DNA from: a virus
Lineage: Duplodnaviria; Caudoviricetes
Length of the DNA: 27,555 bases
Direction: 5' to 3' (one strand)
IMG/VR virus record: IMGVR_UViG_3300044724_000190
Span: 1-27,555 of that record
Shown: piece after piece, positions 18,303 to 24,475 of the stretch
Layout: every line of letters begins with the position of its first letter
How positions within the stretch are numbered: the first letter of the stretch is position 1
The notes under the pieces: generated by a model
Databases searched by the model: none
Told to the model about the DNA's origin: nothing
The model's input: the letters and a program-made list of their open reading frames with translations, nothing else
Translations under genes and position numbers: made by a program

Positions 18303-20573
18303 ATGGCAACGGCTGAAGAAAAACTAAGAGAAGCAAAATTAAAACAAGCAAAGTTGAAACAGCAACTTTTGACTGCTAAATCTCAAGCTGTTGACCCAAT
18401 GCTTCCAAGTGCTGATGACACACCGTTGCCAGAAAAGGAAGAAAAGCCAACAGACTTCCGCACAGAATACGCACAGCCGGGCCTAGAGTTAGCAAAGCAA
18501 GCTAGTGGTGGTCTGAACCCATATACTGGTGAAGGCGTTACTGACCTTCCTGAAGAGATGCCACTAGGCTATGGCGACATTCAAGTAAAGTTCCCCAAGG
18601 CATTCAGAGATGCTGTTGAGTTCATTGGCGATGGCATGGCAACAGCGGCTGGCTATGGTATGGCTGGATATGGTTATCTGGTGGGTGGCGCTGCTGACAT
18701 TCTTACACGCGCTGGCGTTGACGAAAATACAGCAGATAGATTTGCAAGAGACATGATGGCAATGCCAGACGCATTTGCTGGATCTCCAACTTCTGTCATG
18801 CGTCCACGCAATGTCCGTAACCCCAGTGTTGGTGGTGTCCAAGAGGCAGAAGTGGCAAGACGCTTTACGCCAGATGAGCTTGCTGCATTACGCGAAACAG
18901 AATTACAGATCGATGCCACACCAACGCCACCCCCAGCCCCCAGCATGACCCCAGAGCGTCTGGGAGAGCTTATCAGAGTGGCTTCGTCTGGTGGACGTGG
19001 CTCACAAGCAGCAGCAGAAGCAATCGCACAGGCGGCTCGTATCAACCCACAGGCGGCAGCAGCAGCACGTCGTCTTGGTATCGATGTCCCAGCAGATGTC
19101 TTGAGCGATGACACACAGCTAAAAGGTGCGGCTGGTCTATCTCGTTCTCTTGCTGGAAGCGAAGCAGAAGCAACATTCAGAGATACAGTTGTTTTGGCGT
19201 CACAACGTGCAGATGAAATCATGCGAGAGTTGGATGCCAATCCTGATATTTCGTCAATTGCAGATCGCGTAAAAACTGACGTGTTAAACACCAGAGGCGA
19301 ACTCGAAAGATCCGCGTCTGAGATGTACAAACAAGTCGATCAGCTTGTCCCTGCAAGCTCAGTGGTCGAGCCACGCAACAGCGTCATGCTGATCAATCAA
19401 ATCCTCGAAGAAGTTGGTGGGGTTGGGGCGTTGACAGGCAAAGAAAAAGCCTTGTTCAACAAACTAACAGATGCAAACACACCTCTGACATTCGCAGCAT
19501 TGAAAAAGTTCAGAAACAGCATTGGCCGTGCGATCAACAAAGGCGAAGGCGAATATGCTGATATGGACACAGGCACAGCAAAGCGGATCTATGCTGCACT
19601 GACTGATGACTATCTGGACACAGCCCAGTCAGTTGGCGGTGATCAAGCGCGTTCCACATTGCGTCTGGCCAATCAAACAACAGCAAAACAGAAAGCGTTG
19701 GAGAAGCGCTTAGTTTCTTTCTTTGGAAAAGATGGCGAAGGCAGTATCGCACCAAAGCTTTTGACTGCAATCAACAGCGGCAAGAAAGGCGACATCGCAA
19801 ACCTGAACCGCACCTTGAAGATCATTCCTCAAGAGCTTCAGCGTGAAGCAGTTGCAACAGCGATTGGATCGCTGACATCTTCGACAGCCGTTGGTTTTGA
19901 TGGACCATTTGATTTTGCAAAGTTTGCTCAATTCTATGATGGCCTGAAGAAAAACGGAGCGGTCTATAGTCGTGTCATGAAGATCCTTGGGCCTGAAACA
20001 GCCCAGACATTTGCGGATCTGAATGAAATGTCTAAGCGCATCACCCAAGCGCGTGGCGCTGTGCTTTCAACAGGCAAATCAAATCAGGCTCTCGTTCAGG
20101 CGATGACTGCTGATGGTTTGATCAAGTCTGTCCTGAACACCACAATGGGCAATCGGATTGTTCGAGGTGTCGCTGGGCAAGCTGCTGGTGGCCCTGCTGG
20201 TGGTGCAGCGGCAGACGCAGTTGGCGAAATATTGTTGCGCAAAACTGACAAGCAAAAAATTCAAGCTGCTGGTGATTTCTTGAACAGCCCAGCATTTAAA
20301 AGCTTGGCAATGGATGCGTCACAGCCAAACATGGATAAGGTGATGAAGTCCCCAGCATACAAACGCTTTGCCAACGCAGTGGGTATCACAGATCCTCGCA
20401 ACTGGTTGCAGACTGCGTTGTTGGTCAGTGCAGATGAAGGTGTTATTCAGCCCCCAGTGGAAGCACCAGTAGAAGCGCCAGCACAAGAAGAAGCAAGTTC
20501 AGCGTCGTTGCAAAGCATCCTTGGATCTCTGAACCCAGACGCAGCACAAAAGGTTCTAGACGCCACGCGCTAG
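18303..20573 (+). CDS. DNA ejection protein, P22 gp16-like
   Basis: 756 aa; INP.A.AAA.RLGI.VPADVLSD...AAGL.RS.AGSEAEA and TGKSNQAL motifs recalled from gp16-like proteins; last gene of the late arm. Confidence 0.65.
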   Translation: MATAEEKLREAKLKQAKLKQQLLTAKSQAVDPMLPSADDTPLPEKEEKPTDFRTEYAQPGLELAKQASGGLNPYTGEGVTDLPEEMPLGYGDIQVKFPKAFRDAVEFIGDGMATAAGYGMAGYGYLVGGAADILTRAGVDENTADRFARDMMAMPDAFAGSPTSVMRPRNVRNPSVGGVQEAEVARRFTPDELAALRETELQIDATPTPPPAPSMTPERLGELIRVASSGGRGSQAAAEAIAQAARINPQAAAAARRLGIDVPADVLSDDTQLKGAAGLSRSLAGSEAEATFRDTVVLASQRADEIMRELDANPDISSIADRVKTDVLNTRGELERSASEMYKQVDQLVPASSVVEPRNSVMLINQILEEVGGVGALTGKEKALFNKLTDANTPLTFAALKKFRNSIGRAINKGEGEYADMDTGTAKRIYAALTDDYLDTAQSVGGDQARSTLRLANQTTAKQKALEKRLVSFFGKDGEGSIAPKLLTAINSGKKGDIANLNRTLKIIPQELQREAVATAIGSLTSSTAVGFDGPFDFAKFAQFYDGLKKNGAVYSRVMKILGPETAQTFADLNEMSKRITQARGAVLSTGKSNQALVQAMTADGLIKSVLNTTMGNRIVRGVAGQAAGGPAGGAAADAVGEILLRKTDKQKIQAAGDFLNSPAFKSLAMDASQPNMDKVMKSPAYKRFANAVGITDPRNWLQTALLVSADEGVIQPPVEAPVEAPAQEEASSASLQSILGSLNPDAAQKVLDATR

Positions 20574-20980
20574 TTCATGATCACGTCTTGCATCTCATGC
20601 CAGTCGTAATACTTCATGTTGCCGCGCTTGTGGTATGCCGCAAGCTCGACAAAGTCTTTTGGACTGGGTCGATCAAATAGCGTGTTTAGCACAGCCTCTG
20701 TCCCCCAGAACAGGCAGTTCAGTTCGCGACCAACACGGACAAGCACCCAAGCGTTGCCCCCACTCTTGATGTAGTCTGACATCCAGTTGACATGCTCTCG
20801 CTTCAGTCCAGTGGATACGCGCTTGCCCATTTCATCGATATGCAAAAGCAGCATCCACCCAGTTGGATACTTGCCTTCACCAATGTAGTGGACGTTGGGC
20901 ATCCCATGCTTGCCGTCCACCTTGTACACTGTCATGTCCATGTTATCGCGCAATGCGATGCGTAGGTTTTCTACTGACAT
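20570..20980 (-). CDS. VRR-NUC/resolvase-like PD-(D/E)xK-fold protein with degenerate active site
   Basis: GMPNVHY...GWMLLL...GLKREHVNW...GGNAWVLVRVG parallels the family pattern G.PD....GW.ELK...L...Q..W....GG..W.L..V. Confidence 0.6.
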   Translation of the reverse strand: MSVENLRIALRDNMDMTVYKVDGKHGMPNVHYIGEGKYPTGWMLLLHIDEMGKRVSTGLKREHVNWMSDYIKSGGNAWVLVRVGRELNCLFWGTEAVLNTLFDRPSPKDFVELAAYHKRGNMKYYDWHEMQDVIMN

Positions 20981-21001
20981 TTCTATATCCCTAAAAGTAG
21001 T

Positions 21002-21030
21002 GAAGCAGCTTACGCTGCTTCTTTCTGTTT
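21002..21030 (+). terminator. Intrinsic terminator-like hairpin (possibly bidirectional)
   Basis: GAAGCAGC-TTAC-GCTGCTTC perfect 8-bp stem followed by TTTCTGTTT on +; on - the loop is GTAA (GNRA) and contains the stop codon of 21010..21744. Confidence 0.6.
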
Positions 21031-21744
21031 ATGCTCTTGGATAGCTTCTAGCTTCCAAAACACCTCTTGCCAATCGTATGAGCAGTGGCCGTCGATGATG
21101 CCGTTTTCGGAGTAGTCGAAGTCACCATCGTAGGTGATCCAGTATTGGTAGCAGCGCGATCCATCGAACTCATAGAAGCGTTCGATCTCAATGGTGATCC
21201 CCAGCTTCTTAGCGAGGCTCTGAGCCTTGGAACGGTAGTTGCGGTTAGCGTCAACGCTCTTGGCTTTCTTGGCCTCTGGGGGCGTTGTGATGGCCCCAGT
21301 GGAGTGAAGCTCGTAGACGTTGGCAACACGCGCTCTGCGCTTGACGCGCTTGTCACGGACGGACGTTGGACTGCCAAGGATGCCACAGACGATGCGACGA
21401 CCTTGGACCAACTGCCAGTGATGCCCAGCGACGATCAGGAACACGCGATTAGCAGTGCGCTCTTTGACTGTGGCCTTCAGCCAAGCAGCCAGTGTCGGAC
21501 CAGTTGAGCGGCTCAGTTTCATGCCGAATGACTGGTACTCGCTCTTGATGCCACACATCGCCAGTGCGTCTGTGACTTCGCGAACTGAAGATCCTCTGAT
21601 GGCCTTGCGGCCACCAACGTGACGGATCAACCGTGCTGCCTCACCAGTGGCCATCCCAGTGATGGCGCTGATGACTGATGGGCCACAGTAGCGGTTGGTA
21701 TCACCGCGCTGGTGGTTGACTGATTTGATGGTTAGTTTTTTCAT
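21010..21744 (-). CDS. Early protein with C39-like (papain-fold) Cys/His motif and a second C-terminal domain
   Basis: YCGPSVISAITG and FLIVAGHHWQLV; strong AGAAAGGAAGAAAG leader. Confidence 0.6.
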   Translation of the reverse strand: MKKLTIKSVNHQRGDTNRYCGPSVISAITGMATGEAARLIRHVGGRKAIRGSSVREVTDALAMCGIKSEYQSFGMKLSRSTGPTLAAWLKATVKERTANRVFLIVAGHHWQLVQGRRIVCGILGSPTSVRDKRVKRRARVANVYELHSTGAITTPPEAKKAKSVDANRNYRSKAQSLAKKLGITIEIERFYEFDGSRCYQYWITYDGDFDYSENGIIDGHCSYDWQEVFWKLEAIQEHKQKEAA

Positions 21745-21758
21745 GCTTTCTTCCTTTC

Positions 21759-21950
21759 TTATTGTGCTTGATATTCGTTGAACATTTGATCGATGTAATC
21801 GCTGGATGGCTCCCAGCCTTGCTCATCGCTGTCCAACCAGATGTCACTATCGACAAAGTTCCAGTTGATGCTGCCATCCTCGTTGATGTTCTCTGGGTTG
21901 GCAATTGCTTTGGCAAACGCTGCTTTGTGCTGTTCGATGTATAGTGTCAT
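21759..21950 (-). CDS. 63-aa acidic early protein
   Basis: Start reassigned to ATG 21950 after AGAAAGGTAGAAAGA; contains NPENINEDGSINWNFVDSD; 13 D/E vs 2 K. Confidence 0.8.
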   Translation of the reverse strand: MTLYIEQHKAAFAKAIANPENINEDGSINWNFVDSDIWLDSDEQGWEPSSDYIDQMFNEYQAQ

Positions 21951-22042
21951 TCTTTCTACCTTTCTCAAAACTCTTTCCCTTACACAATAGATATGGGGAT
22001 GCCCCCTACATTTTACAAGGGGCAAAAGAAAACTTTTTTTAT
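21950..22042 (-). promoter_or_regulatory. Early promoter/leader repeat, copy 1
   Basis: On -: A-tract UP element, CTTGTA-N17-CCATAT (cf. alphaproteobacterial sigma70 CTTGAC-N17-CTATAT), leader TATTGTGTAAGGGAA and SD AGAAAGG; repeated at 22761-22852. Confidence 0.8.
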
Positions 22043-22061
22043 TTTGTTTGTTTTTAATTAC

Positions 22062-22157
22062 TTAGAAGGGGGGTTCTTCGTCTGGTTTCTCTGGCTTCCA
22101 AACGAGATCCACCCCATGCATCGCAAGTATGTATTCGAGCAGCGTGTTACCCCACAT
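22062..22157 (-). CDS. 31-aa peptide ending WKPEKPDEEPPF
   Basis: ATG 22157 overlaps the upstream gene end by 11 nt and fills the gap to the promoter; no clear SD. Confidence 0.55.
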   Translation of the reverse strand: MWGNTLLEYILAMHGVDLVWKPEKPDEEPPF

Positions 22158-22416
22158 GATAAAACAACAAGTATTCGCCAAGCTGATACTCGTTCTCCTT
22201 GGACAAGATTTCTTTCTGAAGGCGCTCAGACAGTTTGTTGCCTTTGGTGCGCTTCTCCTCGCTGTAGAAGTCGCCCACGTCGAAGGTGGCCTCTTCCCAT
22301 GCTGGCTCGTCTGAGCCGTGGCTGTTAGATCCACCTTTCGCATAATCGTAGTCGATGCGGATCTCGAACTCGCATCCGCGATGCTCTAGTGTAAGTGTTT
22401 GGCTGTAGCTTCTCAT
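22147..22416 (-). CDS. 89-aa early hypothetical protein
   Basis: Start reassigned to ATG 22416 after AGAAAGGAAGAAAGA. Confidence 0.8.
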   Translation of the reverse strand: MRSYSQTLTLEHRGCEFEIRIDYDYAKGGSNSHGSDEPAWEEATFDVGDFYSEEKRTKGNKLSERLQKEILSKENEYQLGEYLLFYHVG

Positions 22417-22440
22417 TCTTTCTTCCTTTCTCTGATGGGT

Positions 22441-22456
22441 GGGGGCCGAAGCCCCC
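22441..22456 (-). other. Intergenic C(UUCG)G tetraloop hairpin
   Basis: GGGGGC-TTCG-GCCCCC on -, between two co-oriented early genes, with no U-tract on the sense strand. Confidence 0.75.
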
Positions 22457-22462
22457 TGTTGA

Positions 22463-22759
22463 TTAGATGATGTTTGCCAATACTTTGGCTGCAAGTGTGA
22501 ATGGGTTTTTGCCCATGCGCTCTATGCCGCTTGTGCTAACCCAATACTCATTGTCGCCCATATCGCGAACACGAAATAATGGCTCATCCCAATCGTCGCC
22601 GCGCACAACGTAATCAGTGTATTCATCACCTTCAAAGTCCCACGCCTTTGGCTCTAGCTTAAAGTTGTAGCCGTAAAACTCAAACTCATTGTTTTTTACA
22701 ACGATTGTCGCTTCGTCGCCTGACCAGTTTTCTTTGTTGAATGTGTATGTGCCGTTCAT
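22463..22759 (-). CDS. 98-aa acidic/aromatic early protein
   Basis: Start reassigned to ATG 22759 after AGAAAGGTAGAAAGAAA; first gene behind promoter copy 2. Confidence 0.8.
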   Translation of the reverse strand: MNGTYTFNKENWSGDEATIVVKNNEFEFYGYNFKLEPKAWDFEGDEYTDYVVRGDDWDEPLFRVRDMGDNEYWVSTSGIERMGKNPFTLAAKVLANII

Positions 22760-22760
22760 T

Positions 22761-22852
22761 TTCTTTCTACCTTTCTTAAAGTTTCTTCCCTTACACAATA
22801 CATATGGGAACCCCAAAAGAATTTACAAGGGCAGAAAGAAAACTTTTTTTAT
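22761..22852 (-). promoter_or_regulatory. Early promoter/leader repeat, copy 2
   Basis: On -: AAAAAAAGTTTTCTTT, CTTGTA-N16-CCATAT, TATTGTGTAAGGGAA, AGAAAGGTAGAAAG; shares identical 16-, 15-, 10- and 18-nt blocks with copy 1. Confidence 0.8.
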
Positions 22853-22871
22853 ATCGTTCAAAAACAGATAG

Positions 22872-23075
22872 TTACACCTTGTATCCGTTTTCTCGAAGCT
22901 TCTTCTGATAGTCGGTCAACTCCATGTCAGCAGAGAATATTTCCTGATCAATGCGAGGTCGCGGATTTAAACCGCGCTTTTCATCCTGAAGGTTTCGCAC
23001 TTGTTGCTTCAGCCACTTGACGTGGGTCTTCTGAAACATCGTTAGCTCTTTTTGGTTATGAGTTTTGTTCTCCAT
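22872..23075 (-). CDS. Hypothetical protein (helical)
   Basis: 67-aa ORF overlapping the upstream gene end, GAGG SD; C-terminal LRENGYKV. Confidence 0.7.
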   Translation of the reverse strand: MENKTHNQKELTMFQKTHVKWLKQQVRNLQDEKRGLNPRPRIDQEIFSADMELTDYQKKLRENGYKV

Positions 23076-23286
23076 TGTTGGGCCTCAATTTTGGTTTGAT
23101 TGATTTAGACAGTGATTCAGTTTTATAGCATCTCATTGCTGTATCTTCGTAGTGATCATAGATGACTTCATACAATCCTGATCGAAGCGCCTGTTCGCAA
23201 TGCTTGCTTGTTTCAAACCACACGACGGAACTGTAATTCATCCCTTGTATCGCGTAGCTAATTATTAGTGCCGTCCAGACTTCCAT
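23056..23286 (-). CDS. Small protein with hydrophobic N-terminus and two Cys
   Basis: Start ATG 23286 after GAAAGGGAG; VWTALIISY...FETSKHC...C...KPKLRP. Confidence 0.7.
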   Translation of the reverse strand: MEVWTALIISYAIQGMNYSSVVWFETSKHCEQALRSGLYEVIYDHYEDTAMRCYKTESLSKSIKPKLRPNNGEQNS

Positions 23287-23440
23287 TTTCTCCCTTTCTT
23301 GTTTCTTGCCAACGGACGTGTTCCGCAAGCTCTGCCACCAGATGTGCGAAGTGTGTGGTTGGGATCTTCGCTATCCGTTGGCCGTTCTCGTAAATGTGTA
23401 AGCCGTCATCCCTGACGCTCCAGTGGTATGGCCATTCCAT
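23258..23440 (-). CDS. Hypothetical protein
   Basis: AAGGAG SD; 60 aa, overlaps both neighbours. Confidence 0.7.
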   Translation of the reverse strand: MEWPYHWSVRDDGLHIYENGQRIAKIPTTHFAHLVAELAEHVRWQETRKGENGSLDGTNN

Positions 23441-24059
23441 CGTCTTCTCCTTTTTTTGGGTATGGCAGCACCTTGTATTTTAGTGCCTTGATCAAATCTT
23501 TGCGCCTTTTCTTCTTGGCGTTAAAGTAAACATATCTGTGCTTGCGTGGCCTATCGACATAGTAGACGTTCTCTGCGCCATACTTATCACGAATCTGCTG
23601 CATGTTCATGCCATGTGCATAGGTGGTGTGATGCTGATGCTCCAAGCCTTTGACCTTTGGATCTTTAAACTTCGAAGATAGGCCACAGTAAAGAAAGTTT
23701 GCTGCCTGATATACCGTCCCAACGTGACCAGCTTCGATCTCAGCAAACGTCACAATGATCTCTTTATCAACCATCTTCAGTGACCCACTGATCAAAAAGC
23801 TTGCTGCGTTTTTGGGTGCGTCATCCTCTGTCCAAAGCCGTGTAAGCTCATAAACATTGTCGGCAAACTCATCGCCACAAACACCGCGTCGTAAAGTTGT
23901 AGATCCGCTCACGCCATAGGTTATGATGCCAATCATCTTTTCACCATCAAACAAGCCAAACGCCATGCTGATTGGTGGCACTCTTCGCATGTAGTGTCGA
24001 TCCACAATAAAAGGCAAAGCAGATCGGCGGGTGATTGGACGCACTGAAAGGTTATTCAT
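23406..24059 (-). CDS. Mom-like (GNAT-fold) DNA adenine modification protein
   Basis: RHY.RRVP...FGLF....IG..TYG, YELTRLW......N.ASFLIS.SLK, IVTFAE...GHVGTVYQAANFLYCG and RPRKHRYVYF match the Mu Mom family pattern; start at the ATGA overlap 24059. Confidence 0.85.
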   Translation of the reverse strand: MNNLSVRPITRRSALPFIVDRHYMRRVPPISMAFGLFDGEKMIGIITYGVSGSTTLRRGVCGDEFADNVYELTRLWTEDDAPKNAASFLISGSLKMVDKEIIVTFAEIEAGHVGTVYQAANFLYCGLSSKFKDPKVKGLEHQHHTTYAHGMNMQQIRDKYGAENVYYVDRPRKHRYVYFNAKKKRRKDLIKALKYKVLPYPKKGEDDGMAIPLERQG

Positions 24060-24475
24060 TCTTCCGTTTTCCAATTTTCTTTCCAATGGCCCCCCAGCTC
24101 CATGATCTGGCGTGACGCATCTGTCGCACCCTTCCCAATGATCACCTTGTATCCCTCGTTCTCTAAATATTCGATGATCTTCTTTTGATCGGGGGAAAGT
24201 CGCCCAGCTTTGCTGCGCTTCATCTCAACCCAGACATCCCACGCTGGGATAAACAGATCGGGGATGCCAGCAACAACGCCTTCAGCCTTCAGCTTTCGAC
24301 CAGCCCCCACGGATCTCTTACCCCCATTCGGAATGGCAAAGATCAAAACCTTGGGATACTTCGCCCGAAACCAATTAACAAAGCCAACCTGTTCGTCATG
24401 CTCAGATGGTTGCGTTTTTGTAATCAAGTAGGTCGATGACGTTGTCCTCTTCCTCTTCGGGTTCTTCATAATCAT
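24056..24475 (-). CDS. VRR-NUC domain nuclease (start uncertain)
   Basis: SEHDEQ..FV.WFR, FAIPNGG.R, LKAEGV.AGIPDL, VEMKR..GRLS.DQK: intact PD-ExK site. Confidence 0.9.
   Translation of the reverse strand: MIMKNPKRKRTTSSTYLITKTQPSEHDEQVGFVNWFRAKYPKVLIFAIPNGGKRSVGAGRKLKAEGVVAGIPDLFIPAWDVWVEMKRSKAGRLSPDQKKIIEYLENEGYKVIIGKGATDASRQIMELGGHWKENWKTEE

Noticed and set aside
18674-19330. 218-aa minus-strand ORF
   Set aside because: Antisense shadow of the gp16-like gene; Ser/Ala-rich, no SD or recognisable motif.
21951-22025. N-terminal extensions of ORFs 21759..22025, 22463..22816 and 22147..22494
   Set aside because: They run through the promoter repeats or the hairpin; strong SDs mark the downstream ATGs as the real starts.
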